From: Chthoniobacteraceae bacterium
GTDB lineage: Bacteria > Verrucomicrobiota > Verrucomicrobiia > Chthoniobacterales > Chthoniobacteraceae
Direction of reading: 5' to 3'
Length of the DNA stretch: 42,341 nucleotides
NCBI GenBank assembly: GCA_031409335.1
Contig: JANNWY010000228.1
Coordinates: 1-42,341 of the forward strand
The first letter of the stretch is position 1. Each line of letters opens with the position of its first letter. The notes beneath the pieces were generated by a model. The model was not told the origin of the DNA, did not search any database, and worked only from the letters and a program-made list of their open reading frames with translations. The translations under genes were made by a program, and so were the position numbers. This document shows positions 1 through 10,788 of the stretch, in pieces.

Positions 1-10
1 GTATCCACCG

Positions 11-430
11 TTGATGGCCATCATCGCGGTCGGGATCGGGCGCTGGATTCCCACGCTCCGACTCAGCTCGCGGACGGTGCCAACGTGGCCGCTGCTGATC
101 GTGTTCGCCGCCCTCGCGAGCGGGCTCCTCTATTTCCTCAAGTGGTCCATGTCTTCGCCCATCGTTCTCAAGACACTCGTCGGGGGCGTCGCGACATTGA
201 CCCTCCTCTCCCGTTTGTGCTCTTCGCGGAGGCTCGACGGACGCTGGCTGGTCGCGAGTGCTGCCGCGCTCGTGGTCGCTGTTTTCTGCCGCCAACTCGA
301 CATCGCCGGTCGCTTCTCCGGCCCGGATGCGTGGGCGCAAGGTCACGCGCTTTGGCACATCCTCACGGCACTGAGCTTGGGTTGCGTCTATGCGTTCTAT
401 CGCTCGGAAAAAACGGCGGTTCACGATTGA
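11..430 (+). CDS. Ceramidase/CREST-superfamily membrane hydrolase (C-terminal part; 5' end probably outside window)
   Basis: Multi-TM hydrophobic ORF ending in GHALWHILTA (HxxWH metal-binding motif of alkaline ceramidase/CREST proteins). Confidence 0.6.
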   Translation: MMAIIAVGIGRWIPTLRLSSRTVPTWPLLIVFAALASGLLYFLKWSMSSPIVLKTLVGGVATLTLLSRLCSSRRLDGRWLVASAAALVVAVFCRQLDIAGRFSGPDAWAQGHALWHILTALSLGCVYAFYRSEKTAVHD

Positions 431-479
431 ATCACCGGCATTTTCTCACCACCAAATACGCCTCGACGTTCCAACCGCC

Positions 480-1811
480 ATGAAACTCATCCTCTTCGCG
501 CTCCTTGCGTTCCTTTGCGGCCAATCCTTCGCGGCGGACAAACCAAACATCATCTTCGTGCTCGCCGACGACATGGGTTTTGGCGACGTGGGCTGCTACG
601 GCGGCACCATCGCGCCGACGCCAAATCTCGACCGGCTGGCGCGCGAGGGGACGCGCTTCACGCGCTACTATTCCGCGTCGCCGATTTGCTCGCCGTCACG
701 GTGCGGGCTCATCACGGGGCAGTTCCCCGCGCGGTGGAAAATCACGAGTTTTCTCCAGACTCGTGCGGGGAATCGCGAGTGCGAGCAGGCGGATTTTCTC
801 GAGGCGCAAGCGCCGTCGCTCCCGCGCATCCTGCACGACGCGGGCTACGCGACCGCGCACATCGGCAAGTGGCATCTCGGCGGCGGGCGCGATGTGCAGG
901 ACGCGCCGAAATTTTCCGCCTACGGCTACGAGCACGGCCTCGGCACTTATGAAAGCCCGGAGCCTGCCGCGATGCTCGATCTCCAGACGAACGCGTTGAA
1001 AAATGAGCGCGAGCCTCAACTAATCGCCCGCCACGACCGCACGCGCTGGATGGTGGATGCGACGCTCGATTTTCTGAAAACGAACGCCGCCCGCCCGTGC
1101 TTTGTGAACCTGTGGCTGGACGATACGCACACGCCGTGGATGCCCGCGACGCCCGCGACCAGCGACAGAAATGGCCGCGAAAACCTCGCCGCCGTCATCG
1201 TGGAAATGGACCGACAGCTTGGCCGCCTGATGGACGCCGTGCCTGCGGACACGCTGCTCATTTTCACCACGGACAACGGCGCGTTGCCGACCTTCGACGG
1301 CACGCGGAACACTGGCCTGCGCGGCAGCAAACTCAGCCTCTACGAAGGCGGCACGCGCCTGCCGTTCATCGTGCGCTGGCCCGGTCACGTCCCCGCCGCG
1401 CGCGTGGACGACATCACCGTGTTCGCCGCCGTGGACATGCTGCCCACGCTCGCGAAAATCGCCGCCGCGAAACTCCCGGAAGCCTACGCGAGCGACGGCG
1501 AGGACGTCTCAGTCGCCGTGCTCGGCCAACCATTCGCGCGCACGAAGCCGCTCTTTTGGGAATACGGGCGCAACGAAAAATCCTTCGTCTATCCGAAGCC
1601 GCCCGACCGCAGCCCGAACGTCGCGATGCGCGATGGGAAATGGAAATACCTCATCAACGCCGACGGCACGAGCGCGGAACTTTACGACATCCTCGCCGAC
1701 CCGAATGAAGCGAAAAACCTCGCCGACGGGCAGCCCGACATCGCCGCGAAAATGAAAGCCTCCGCGCTGGAATGGCGAGGCTCGCTTCCGAAACTCACAA
1801 CCACGAACTGA
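480..1811 (+). CDS. Secreted sulfatase (S1 family, Cys-type)
   Basis: Signal peptide MKLILFALLAFL from ATG 480; KPNIIFVLADD, CSPSR (CxPxR), GKWHLG, TDNG, GSKLSLYEGGTRLP. Confidence 0.93.
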   Translation: MKLILFALLAFLCGQSFAADKPNIIFVLADDMGFGDVGCYGGTIAPTPNLDRLAREGTRFTRYYSASPICSPSRCGLITGQFPARWKITSFLQTRAGNRECEQADFLEAQAPSLPRILHDAGYATAHIGKWHLGGGRDVQDAPKFSAYGYEHGLGTYESPEPAAMLDLQTNALKNEREPQLIARHDRTRWMVDATLDFLKTNAARPCFVNLWLDDTHTPWMPATPATSDRNGRENLAAVIVEMDRQLGRLMDAVPADTLLIFTTDNGALPTFDGTRNTGLRGSKLSLYEGGTRLPFIVRWPGHVPAARVDDITVFAAVDMLPTLAKIAAAKLPEAYASDGEDVSVAVLGQPFARTKPLFWEYGRNEKSFVYPKPPDRSPNVAMRDGKWKYLINADGTSAELYDILADPNEAKNLADGQPDIAAKMKASALEWRGSLPKLTTTN

Positions 1812-1958
1812 CACCGTCATGGTTTCACGCCCCATCCATTTTGCGCTCGATAACCTCACCGCCGGGGAGTCGGGAGTGTGCTGAGTTTGACGCAGACGCG
1901 AGTTTCCTCGCCAAGACGGGCGGGGGGCTGGCGGGTAGTGTTTCACGCTCACTTTTAT

Positions 1959-4436
1959 ATGAAATTTCACCACATCCTCGCCGGGTCTTTCCTGCTCACC
2001 GCGTCCGCTTTTTCGGCGGAGCCGGCGAAGACTCCGCCGGACCTCACGCGGGACAGCGCTGTGGATCGCAAGCTCACCTACAATCTCGGCGCGACGGGGC
2101 TGCGGGGGTGGATTTACACGAAGCCGGCGACGCACTTCGATGGGCTGCAAGGGCGGACGACTGCGGCGAGCCGGCAAATCCTCGTGACGCATGTGGGCGC
2201 GAAATCTCCGGCGGATGGCGTGGTGAAAGTGGATGACGTGATCCTCGGCGTGGGCGGGCGGCCTTTCACCGAGGATGCGCGGAAGAGTTTCGCGGGGGCG
2301 ATCCAGACGGCGGAGCAGACGGGCGTTTTGAAAATGACGATCTCGCGTGCGGGGAAGTCGCAGGATGTGGAGCTGAAGATGCGCGTGTTCGGCGCATATG
2401 GCGCGACGGCTCCGTTTGGTTGTGCGAAGTCGAAGCTCATCTTTGAGGATGCGTGCAAGGTGCTCGCGGAGGAGCCGCTGAAGGACGGAATCATGGGCTC
2501 GATCAGCGCGCTGGCGCTGCTCTCGACTGGGAATGAGGAGTATCTGCCGAAGGTGCGGGAGTTTGCCCGCAAGATGGGGCCGACGTCGCTGAAGCTGGAA
2601 CTGAAGGACGGCTCGACGGTGTGGGAGTGGGGCTACCGGGGGATTTTTCTGTGCGAGTATTATTTGATCACGGGCGACAAGGAAGTGCTGCACGCCATCC
2701 GCGAATACACGCTCTCGCTGGCGAAGGGGCAGAGCATGTATGGCACGTTCGGGCATGGCATTTCGCGGCTCACGCCGGAGGGAAAATTGCACGGCTCCAT
2801 CCCGCCGTATGGGCCAGTGAATATGGCGGGGCTGCCGGGGAATCTCGCGATCGTGATGGGGAAGAAATGCGGCGTCGCGGACCCGGAGGTGGATGCGGCC
2901 ATTGCGCGGGCGGCGGGTTTTTTCGGCTACTTCGCGGACAAAGGATCGATCCCCTACGGCGAGCACGAGCCGTGGCCTTACCACGAAAACAACGGGAAGG
3001 TTTCCATGTCGGCGGTGCTCTTTTCGCAAATGGGCAATCGCCCGCGCGAGACGCAGTTTTTCGCGAAGATGGCGGTGGCGGGTTTTCGCAGCCGCGAGTG
3101 CGGGCACACGGGGCAGGGCTTTAGTTATTTGTGGAGTGCGCTCGGCGCGAATGTCGGCGGGCCGGCGGCGGCGGCGGCTTTTGTGCGCGAATCGTCGTGG
3201 CATCTGGATCTCGTGCGGCGCAGCGATGGGTCGTTCACCTACGACGGCGCGGAGCAGTTCGGCGCGGGCAAAACGGACGACGACACTTACTACGGCAAGA
3301 GCGGCTACTACGGCATGAGCCCTACGGCGACTTATGTGCTGACTTATGCCATGCCTTTGAAAAAACTCTGCATCACCGGCAAGGAAGCAAAGCCCGCGAA
3401 CGCGCTGAGCGCGGCGGATGTGGCGGGCGCGATTGCCGCCGGGCGGTTCGATACGACGCGGTTGAAAATGAGCCCGAAAGAGCTGGTGGCGGCATTTGGC
3501 GATTGGTCGCCCATCGTGCGCGGCTGGGCGGCAGAGGAGCTGGCGGGCCGCCCCGAGGGTAAGGCGATGGTGCCGGAACTCATCGCGCTCGCTGGCGGCA
3601 AAGACGTGCATTCCATCCAGGCCGCGTGCGAGGCGCTCGGCGAGTTGAAGAGCGCTGAGGCGCTGCCCGTCCTGGTCCGCCAGCTCTTCCACGCGGACCG
3701 CTGGGTGCGCTACAAGGCCGCGGCGGCGATTCGGGAAATGGGCGGTGCGGCAAAACCGGCCATCCCGGAAATCCTCAAAGCACTCGTGCAAACCGCCGAG
3801 CCGATCTTCCCCGTGAACTGGGCCGACCCCATCCAGCTCGCGCACGGCCAGCTCGCCGCCGCGCTCTTCGACGGCCCGCTCGCCGACGCCGTGCAAGCCG
3901 CCGACCCGAAGCTGCTCTACCCCGCCATCCAAGTCATCTCGCGCAACCCGGACGGCATGGCGCGCGGGAAACTCGAAAGCTTCTTCGACCGGCGCTTGAA
4001 GCTCGAAGACGTCGTCGCGCTCGCCCCCGACATCGTCGCCGCGCTGAGAACGCCCAGCCCGGCGGACACGATGTTTAGCAACGCCATCCGCATGGGAGCG
4101 TTCAAGGCGCTGACGAAATATCATTTCAAAGAGGCCATCGCACTCGGCGTGGAATTTGCCAAAACCCAAGGCGGCCACGGCAGCCAAAAACGCACCCCGG
4201 AAATCATGAAACAGCTCGTGAGCTACGGCACCGCCGCCCGCGAAGCCCTGCCCGGCCTGCGCGAGTTGATCGTTTCCTTCAACGAGCAAGTCGCTGCGAA
4301 AAACTTCCCCGGCGGCGAGCTAAACGCCCTGCGAGTGCACGCCGTGGAAGACGCCATCAAGGCCATCGAAGCCGCCACCACACAGCCCGAGCTGCGGAGC
4401 ATCCCGGCGCTGCCAGGCAACGGCGTGAAGAAATAG
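1959..4436 (+). CDS. Exported DUF6288-type protein with PDZ-like domain and C-terminal HEAT repeats
   Basis: Signal peptide from ATG 1959; YNLGATGLRGW, PDZ-like VTHVGAKSPADGVVKVDDVILGV, HTGQGFSYLW core, HEAT-like helical repeats (ACEALGEL, WVRYKAAAAI). Confidence 0.75.
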   Translation: MKFHHILAGSFLLTASAFSAEPAKTPPDLTRDSAVDRKLTYNLGATGLRGWIYTKPATHFDGLQGRTTAASRQILVTHVGAKSPADGVVKVDDVILGVGGRPFTEDARKSFAGAIQTAEQTGVLKMTISRAGKSQDVELKMRVFGAYGATAPFGCAKSKLIFEDACKVLAEEPLKDGIMGSISALALLSTGNEEYLPKVREFARKMGPTSLKLELKDGSTVWEWGYRGIFLCEYYLITGDKEVLHAIREYTLSLAKGQSMYGTFGHGISRLTPEGKLHGSIPPYGPVNMAGLPGNLAIVMGKKCGVADPEVDAAIARAAGFFGYFADKGSIPYGEHEPWPYHENNGKVSMSAVLFSQMGNRPRETQFFAKMAVAGFRSRECGHTGQGFSYLWSALGANVGGPAAAAAFVRESSWHLDLVRRSDGSFTYDGAEQFGAGKTDDDTYYGKSGYYGMSPTATYVLTYAMPLKKLCITGKEAKPANALSAADVAGAIAAGRFDTTRLKMSPKELVAAFGDWSPIVRGWAAEELAGRPEGKAMVPELIALAGGKDVHSIQAACEALGELKSAEALPVLVRQLFHADRWVRYKAAAAIREMGGAAKPAIPEILKALVQTAEPIFPVNWADPIQLAHGQLAAALFDGPLADAVQAADPKLLYPAIQVISRNPDGMARGKLESFFDRRLKLEDVVALAPDIVAALRTPSPADTMFSNAIRMGAFKALTKYHFKEAIALGVEFAKTQGGHGSQKRTPEIMKQLVSYGTAAREALPGLRELIVSFNEQVAAKNFPGGELNALRVHAVEDAIKAIEAATTQPELRSIPALPGNGVKK

Positions 4437-4443
4437 AATCCAA

Positions 4444-7383
4444 ATGAAAACCCATCACCTCCTCGCTGCGCTGTTCGCGCTTTCCGTCTTGTTGTTTCCG
4501 GCGCTCGCTGCGGCGCAGCAATACCAAGGGTGGAAGCACACGGGGGCGATGGCGATCCTCACGACGCCGGAGGGTGCGGACATTCCGGCGGGGGCGGTGG
4601 TGGAGGGCTTTCCTTTGCTGGTGCGGCTGAGCGGGGATTGGTTTGATTTTAGACAGGCGAAGGCGGGCGGGGAGGATTTGCGGTTTTCCACGAGCGCTGG
4701 CGTGGCGCTGGCGTATGAAATCGAGGAGTGGGATGCGGCGGGCGGCACGGCGAGTGTGTGGGTGCGGGTGCCGCGCATTGAGGGGAATTCGCGGCAGATG
4801 ATTCGCGTGTCTTGGGGGAAGGAGGATGCGGTGAGTGAATCGAATGGCGCGGCGGTTTTCGGTGAGTCGAATGGTTACGCGAGCGTGTGGCATCTCGGCG
4901 AAGTGCGCGATGTGGTGGGCACGCTGGAGTCGAAGGATGTGGGCACGACGGCGACGGGCGGCATCGTCGGGAAGGCGCGGCATTTCGCGGGGAAGCAGGG
5001 GATTTTCTGCGGGGACAAAATCGCGGGCTATCCGGCGGCGGACGCGGCGCACACCACATCGGCGTGGCTCCGCGCGGAGCAGGTGAACGGGACGTTCATC
5101 GGCTGGGGCAATGAGGGCGGCGGGCGCGGGAGCAAGGTGCGGATGCAGTTTCGCAGTCCGCCGCACCTGAATGTGGACAGCGATTTTTCCAATGTGACGG
5201 GGAAGAGCCGCCTGCCGCTGGGCGAATGGATTCACGTCGCGCATACTTACGGCGACGGGCCGCGGCGGATTTACATCAATGGCAAAGTGGACGGCGAGGC
5301 GACGACGGTGCTGAACATCAAAACACCGGCGCGGCTGTGGCTCGGCGGGTGGTATAATTCTTACGATTTCGTGGGCGATCTCGACGAGGTGCGCGTGGCG
5401 CGTTCGGCGGAGTGGGTGCGGCTGGAATTTGAGAATCAGAAGCCGCTGCAAACGCTGGTGGGGCCGATCGTGCGGGCGGGTGCGGGGGTTGCGGTGTCGC
5501 CCGCTCAGGCGGTGGTGGCGGAGGGGAAAAGCATGACATTTTCCGCGCAGGTCGGCGGGGCGATGAAGCTGGTGTGGTCGGTCATCCGCGAGGGGAAGGA
5601 GACGGTGCTGGCGGTGGATCGGTTCGCGTTCACCTTCGACGCGGGACGCGTGGTGGGCGACGCGACGGCGACGCTGCGGCTGAAGGCGGTGACGCTCGGC
5701 GGCGTGAAGACGAAGGATATTCCCATCACGATCAAAGAGGCGGTCGCGGAGCCGGAATTCACGCTGCGTGCGCCGGCGACTTGGGACGGACGCGAGACCA
5801 TCGAGGTGGTGCCGGTGATGACGAAGGGTGCGGGCGATTTGAAGACGGAGTGGAGCGCGGGGCCGTTTGCGGTCATCAAGGAAATCGCGCCGGGCAAGCT
5901 CCTCCTCACGCGAGCGCAGAACAGCGGAAAGCTGACGGTGACAGCGACGATCAGCAACGGCGGCAAAGCGACTTCGCGCTCGGTGGACATCGCGGTGACG
6001 GAGCCGAAGAGCGATGCGTGGGTGACGCGAATCCCCTCGAAAGACGAGAAGCCGGAGGACGGGCAGTTTTACGCCCGCGACGACACGGGCGAGGGCACGC
6101 TCCATTACAACGGCACGCTGGCCGAAGCCGCCGACTCGGTCTTTCTCAAAGTCTCTGCCGACGACAAGCCTTACAAAACCGAGACGGCCAAGCCCGCGGC
6201 GGATAAGTCCTATAGCTTCGCGGTGAAACTCAAGCCAGGGCTGATCAAATACAAAGTGGAGTTCGGCACGAAGGTCGGCGGGAAGGAGACAGTGCAACAA
6301 ACCGTAAGTAACATCGTCTGCGGTGACGCTTACTTGATCGAAGGCCAATCCAACGCGCAGGCGACGGATACGCGTGAGCAATCTCCGCCGGAGACTAACG
6401 AGTGGATTCGCAGCTATGGCCGACCGCCAACTAATCCCAAAGACGCGCCGGGCAATCTATGGTGCAACCCAGTCTGGAAGGCCCAGAAAGACGAAAAGGC
6501 GGAGTTAGGCTGGTGGGGCATGGAGCTGGCCAAGCGGCTGCTCGCGAGCCAGAGGGTGCCCATTTTCATCGTCAACGCAGCCGTCGGCGGAACGCGGATC
6601 GACCAGCACCAGCGCAGCGCCGCGGAGCCGACGGACCTCACGACGATTTACGGGCGGATGCTGTGGCGCGTGCAGCAGGCGAAGCTCACGCACGGCATTC
6701 GCGGCATCCTGTGGCACCAGGGGGAGAACGATCAGGGCTCGGACGGGCCGACCGGCGGTTATGGGTGGGAGACTTACCAGCCGCTCTTCGTCGAGATGGC
6801 GGCGGCGTGGAAGCAGGACTTCCCGAATGTGCAGCAGCTCTACGTTTTCCAAATCTGGCCGAACGCGTGCAGCATGGGGCGCGACGGCTCGGGCGACCGG
6901 CTGCGCGAGAAGCAGCGCACGCTGCCGCAGCTTTTCTCCCGCATGAGCATCATGTCCACGCTCGGTGTGCGCCCGCCCGGCGGCTGCCATTATCCGCTGG
7001 CTGGATGGGCGGAATTTGCGCGCCTCGTCCAGCCGCTCATCGAGCGGGATCACTACGGCAAAGTGCCCGCCGCTTCCATCACCCCACCCAATCTCCGCCG
7101 CGCCTCCTATGCCGGCGGGACGCGGGACACGATCGTATTGGAGTTCGATCAGCCCGTCGCGTGGGACGACAAGCTCGCCGGGCAGTTTTACCTCGATGGT
7201 GAAAAGGACAAAGTCGCGTCCGGGAGCGTCGCGGGAAATGTGCTTACGTTGAAACTCAAAGACGCATCCGCAGCAAAGACGATCACGTATCTCAAAGAGT
7301 CCGCGTGGAATCAGGACACGCTGCTCAACGGTGCGAACGGAATCGCCGCGCTCACCTTCTGCGAAGTGCCGCTCGTCCCGTGA
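4444..7383 (+). CDS. Exported DUF2341 + LamG-like + sialate O-acetylesterase (SASA/SGNH) domain protein
   Basis: Signal peptide; GFPLLVRL...GEDLRF...YEIEEWD...VWVRVP (DUF2341); WIHVAHTY...IYING...GDLDEVRV (LamG); GQSNA, GGTRI, LWHQGENDQ, GGCHY (SASA). Confidence 0.85.
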   Translation: MKTHHLLAALFALSVLLFPALAAAQQYQGWKHTGAMAILTTPEGADIPAGAVVEGFPLLVRLSGDWFDFRQAKAGGEDLRFSTSAGVALAYEIEEWDAAGGTASVWVRVPRIEGNSRQMIRVSWGKEDAVSESNGAAVFGESNGYASVWHLGEVRDVVGTLESKDVGTTATGGIVGKARHFAGKQGIFCGDKIAGYPAADAAHTTSAWLRAEQVNGTFIGWGNEGGGRGSKVRMQFRSPPHLNVDSDFSNVTGKSRLPLGEWIHVAHTYGDGPRRIYINGKVDGEATTVLNIKTPARLWLGGWYNSYDFVGDLDEVRVARSAEWVRLEFENQKPLQTLVGPIVRAGAGVAVSPAQAVVAEGKSMTFSAQVGGAMKLVWSVIREGKETVLAVDRFAFTFDAGRVVGDATATLRLKAVTLGGVKTKDIPITIKEAVAEPEFTLRAPATWDGRETIEVVPVMTKGAGDLKTEWSAGPFAVIKEIAPGKLLLTRAQNSGKLTVTATISNGGKATSRSVDIAVTEPKSDAWVTRIPSKDEKPEDGQFYARDDTGEGTLHYNGTLAEAADSVFLKVSADDKPYKTETAKPAADKSYSFAVKLKPGLIKYKVEFGTKVGGKETVQQTVSNIVCGDAYLIEGQSNAQATDTREQSPPETNEWIRSYGRPPTNPKDAPGNLWCNPVWKAQKDEKAELGWWGMELAKRLLASQRVPIFIVNAAVGGTRIDQHQRSAAEPTDLTTIYGRMLWRVQQAKLTHGIRGILWHQGENDQGSDGPTGGYGWETYQPLFVEMAAAWKQDFPNVQQLYVFQIWPNACSMGRDGSGDRLREKQRTLPQLFSRMSIMSTLGVRPPGGCHYPLAGWAEFARLVQPLIERDHYGKVPAASITPPNLRRASYAGGTRDTIVLEFDQPVAWDDKLAGQFYLDGEKDKVASGSVAGNVLTLKLKDASAAKTITYLKESAWNQDTLLNGANGIAALTFCEVPLVP

Positions 7384-7483
7384 TGAACGGTGCCTTTTTC
7401 CACTGCCGAAGCGCGCGAGATAGTGACGCAGCCCTGGCGAACAAGAGGCCGGCACAGCGACCCTCTTCCTCGATCACCCACGC

Positions 7484-8839
7484 ATGAAATCACGCCTCAT
7501 TTTCGCCGCGCTCTTGAGCGCCCTTTGCCATCCCGCCACCGCTGCCGGGAAGCCGATGAATGTGCTCGTCCTTTACGCGGATGACTGGCGCTACAATACG
7601 CTCGGCTGTGCGGGCAATCCTGTCGTCCGGACGCCACATCTCGATCAATTGGCCACCGAAGGGATACGCTTTACCCGTGCCTGCGTGACGACCTCCATTT
7701 GCGGTGCGAGCCGGGCGTCGCTGCTCACGGGGCAGTGGATGTCGCGGCATGGGAATCCGGCGTTTGCGATGTTTAAGACGCCGTGGGCGGAGACCTATCC
7801 CGGCCTGCTGCGGGCGAATGGTTACTTCGTCGGCCACGTCGGGAAATGGCACAACGGAAAGTTCCCCGCCGGGAACTTCGACTTTGGGCGGGCTTACGCC
7901 GGAAGGCATTGGATGAAGCAGGCGGACGGCACGAAAATCCACGTCACCCAGAGGAACGAAAACGATGCGCTGGAGTTCCTGCGCACGCGGCCTGCGGACA
8001 AGCCTTTCTGTCTTACCCTCGCGTTCTCTGCCACGCACGCGGAGGACGGGAATCCGCTGCAATATCTGCCGCAGCCGGAGAGCATGAAGCTCTACCAGGA
8101 TGTGACCATCCCCGTGCCGCCGAACGCGACGGATGAGTCCTTTCGCCGGCTCCCTTCTTTCCTCGCCAATGAAAAGAACGAAGGCCGCGTGCGCTGGCAC
8201 TGGCGCTTCGACACGCCGGAGAAATACCAGACGATGATGAAGAACTACTACCGCCTCGCGACCGAGGTGGATGCGACTTGCGGGCGCGTGCTGGCGGAAC
8301 TGGAGAAGCAAGGTGTGATGGAAAATACCCTCGTGATTTTCACCACGGACAACGGCTACTTTCACGCCGAGCACGGGCTCGCTGATAAGTGGTATCCGCA
8401 CGAGGAAAGCATCCGCGTACCACTCATTATCCGCGACCCGCGCATGGCCAAAACCGCGCACGGTCGGACCAATGACGACTTCGCGCTGAACGTGGACTTG
8501 GCTCCCACCATCCTCGCCGCCACCGGCATCCAGGCACCCGCCACCATGCAGGGCCGCGACCTCGCGCCGCTCTACCTCGCGGAGCAAAAGCCCGCGTGGC
8601 GCACGGAGTTTTTCTACGAGCACGCGATGCTCACGAGCGTGGACTTTATCCCCGCGTCCGAGGCGCTCGTGCGCAAGGACGCGAAGTATTTTTTCTGGCC
8701 CGATTTCAAACAAGAGCAGCTCTTCGATATGCAGGCCGATCCTGCCGAGGAGAATGATCGCATCGCCGACCCCGCGGAGGAAAAGCGCCTCAGCGAAATG
8801 CGCCGCCGCTTTTCCGAACTCAAAGCCGCCGCCCGGTGA
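7484..8839 (+). CDS. Secreted sulfatase (S1 family)
   Basis: Signal peptide; [22 protein letters not shown] (CxASR), [21 protein letters not shown]. Confidence 0.92.
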   Translation: MKSRLIFAALLSALCHPATAAGKPMNVLVLYADDWRYNTLGCAGNPVVRTPHLDQLATEGIRFTRACVTTSICGASRASLLTGQWMSRHGNPAFAMFKTPWAETYPGLLRANGYFVGHVGKWHNGKFPAGNFDFGRAYAGRHWMKQADGTKIHVTQRNENDALEFLRTRPADKPFCLTLAFSATHAEDGNPLQYLPQPESMKLYQDVTIPVPPNATDESFRRLPSFLANEKNEGRVRWHWRFDTPEKYQTMMKNYYRLATEVDATCGRVLAELEKQGVMENTLVIFTTDNGYFHAEHGLADKWYPHEESIRVPLIIRDPRMAKTAHGRTNDDFALNVDLAPTILAATGIQAPATMQGRDLAPLYLAEQKPAWRTEFFYEHAMLTSVDFIPASEALVRKDAKYFFWPDFKQEQLFDMQADPAEENDRIADPAEEKRLSEMRRRFSELKAAAR

Positions 8840-8892
8840 TCCCTGCGCCACCGGTTTCCTCGCGCCGCGAAAGCCCTGGATAGTCTCAAAGC

Positions 8893-9174
8893 ATGATTAC
8901 CGAACTCCGACGACAGCTCAGCGTGGCGATTGAGAATGAGCCTGGCCGGCTCAGGCATATTGGCCGGATGCTGGCGGCGCGCGGCATTCATATCGATGCG
9001 TTCAGCGTGATCGACAATGTCGAACAAGGGATGGTGCCGCTCATGACGAGCGATCCGACTGCGGCCCGCGCGGCTTTGAAGGCCGGGGGGTTGCCGGTCG
9101 TCGAAGCCGAGGTGCTGGCCGTGGAGAGGACAGCGCACACTTTCGCCCTGGCTCATTCCAATTCGCTTTCATAA
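8893..9174 (+). pseudogene. ACT-domain protein, apparently truncated after the first ACT domain
   Basis: QLSVAIENEPGRL...GIHIDAF is an ACT motif; after EVLAVE (~9126) the expected second ACT domain (xDRPGxL) is replaced by unrelated sequence. Confidence 0.6.
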
Positions 9175-9250
9175 TGAGACGAATGCGGCACCAATATAAA
9201 GAGTGTTTAAGCCCTTAGTGATTAGTCTCATCTTGAAAGCGCATTAGAAT
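9155..9250. repeat. 26-bp imperfect inverted repeat with 44-bp AT-rich spacer (possible element boundary or protein-binding site)
   Basis: ATTCCAATTCGCTTTCATAATGAGAC (9155-9180) vs GTCTCATCTTGAAAGCGCATTAGAAT (9225-9250): 22/26 reverse-complement match. Confidence 0.8.
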
Positions 9251-9258
9251 CACACGAC

Positions 9259-9306
9259 GGGAGTCTGCGCCTGGACGCGCGACAGCCGGACGAAGCGCAG
9301 TCTCCC
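9259..9306. repeat. GGGAGTCTG...CAGTCTCCC hairpin motif, copy A
   Basis: GGGAGTCTGCGC...GCGCAGTCTCCC; homologous to copies at 25986 and 26528. Confidence 0.8.
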
Positions 9307-9416
9307 AGGGTGAAGCCGGATGCCTTCAAGTTATCTCTGCAGGCTTTCTCTTTTCCGATTGCCTCCGCAAACTGCCGCTTCCCCCGTCAGGATCAGGCGG
9401 TTTATTCCCGCCGCCT

Positions 9417-10781
9417 TCATACTGTCACAGGCCGCGTTTTCTTTCGTCCGATTTTTTCGGCTTTTACCTGGTCGGACATTTCCTCGACGGTCTCGCCGTA
9501 CTCCTCTGGCGAGTCAGCTATTGTCGTCGATGCCTGGTTCTTCGTGATGTCGAGAGCGTTGATGATCTCCTGCTGCCGCTTCGTGGCTACCGTCAGCTTG
9601 TCCTCGTGCTCGAAGGGATGATCGAGTTGCTTGGTCAGGTCTTCGGTTTGCTTGTGCGCTTGCTTGAGATCGGATTCGCGCTCGCGGAGGCGGTCTTCCA
9701 TGCTTTCCAGCGCGTGTTCGACGGAGGCGATTGTGCCCGCCGCGCTGTCGCTCACGTTGGCTTTGTGTTCGCGCTTTCCGTGGATGGTGAGATTCGCCTT
9801 TTCGTCGAAGCGATGCAGTGAAACGGGAAAGCCGCCGATTTCACCGATGGCTTTTGTGGATTGGAAGGGTTTCATCGCGGCGGCGAGGAAGACGAGTGCG
9901 CGCCCGGCTTTCACGCGGTCGGTGTAGGCTTCCTTTTGCACCGTCATGGAAAAATTGTCGCCGCGTGTGCTGGTGCGGGTGCGCAGGTCTTCGCGGAGAT
10001 TCGCGATGTCGCGTTCGCAACTCTGGATGCTGTCGCCCAAACCTCTCAGCCGGTAACGCATTTGGCAGAGGCTTTCCGCGTGCTGCTTTTTCAAGCGCGT
10101 GAGCCGCATCACTTCGGCATCGACGTGCGCTTTCTCGATGACGAGCGGATTGCCTGACGCGATGGCTTTCACCTCGGCGTAGGTCAGCGCGGCGGAATCC
10201 ACGTCCTCGGCGCGGCGCACGGTCGCATCGCCGTTCATCACTTGTGCGATGAAGCGGCATTTCGTTTCGAGCGTCTGCCACATATAGGCGTCGAAACTGC
10301 CTTCGGTGACGTAGCGGAACACCTTCACGTATTCGTTCTGATTGCCTTGGCGGAGAATGCGCCCTTCGCGCTGTTCAATGTCCGATGGACGCCACGGCGC
10401 ATCGAGATGATGCAGCGCCACGAGCCGCTTCTGGACGTTGGTGCCTTCACCCATCTTCGCCGTGCTGCCGAACAGCACGCGCACTTTACCTTCGCGCACA
10501 TTCTTAAAGAGCGAGGCTTTGGCAGTGTCGTCGTTGCAGTCTTGGATGAACGCGATTTCGTCGCTCGGGATACCGCGCGCAAGCAGCTTGCCGCGCAGGT
10601 CGTCATAGACGGAGAAGCCGCGACCACCGGCCTGCGGCGTGGACATATCGCAGAAGACGAGTTGCGCGCCTTTGCTCGCAGCAGAGTCGAGCCACGCTTG
10701 GTGAATCTTCTCCACGGCCATATTCGTCTTCGAGTCCGGGTTATCGCGGGTATGCGGGAGGACGAGGCGAGGATCGAGCGC
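9417..10781 (-). pseudogene. C-terminal remnant of a large SNF2-type helicase/N6-adenine methylase (DarB-like, ICE/plasmid type)
   Basis: ALDPRL, QLVFCD, VRVLFGSTAKMGEGTNVQKRLVALHHLDAPWRPSDIEQREGRILRQGN, LTYAEVKAIASGNP; the N-terminal methylase/ATPase part is absent and replaced by the 3' end of the next gene. Confidence 0.85.
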
Positions 10782-10788
10782 AGTGTTC

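Noticed and set aside
1509..8851. Long minus-strand ORFs (1509-4289, 4357-6381, 6505-7455, 7490-8851)
   Set aside because: Antisense shadows of well-supported + strand genes in high-GC DNA; Arg/His-rich with no motifs.
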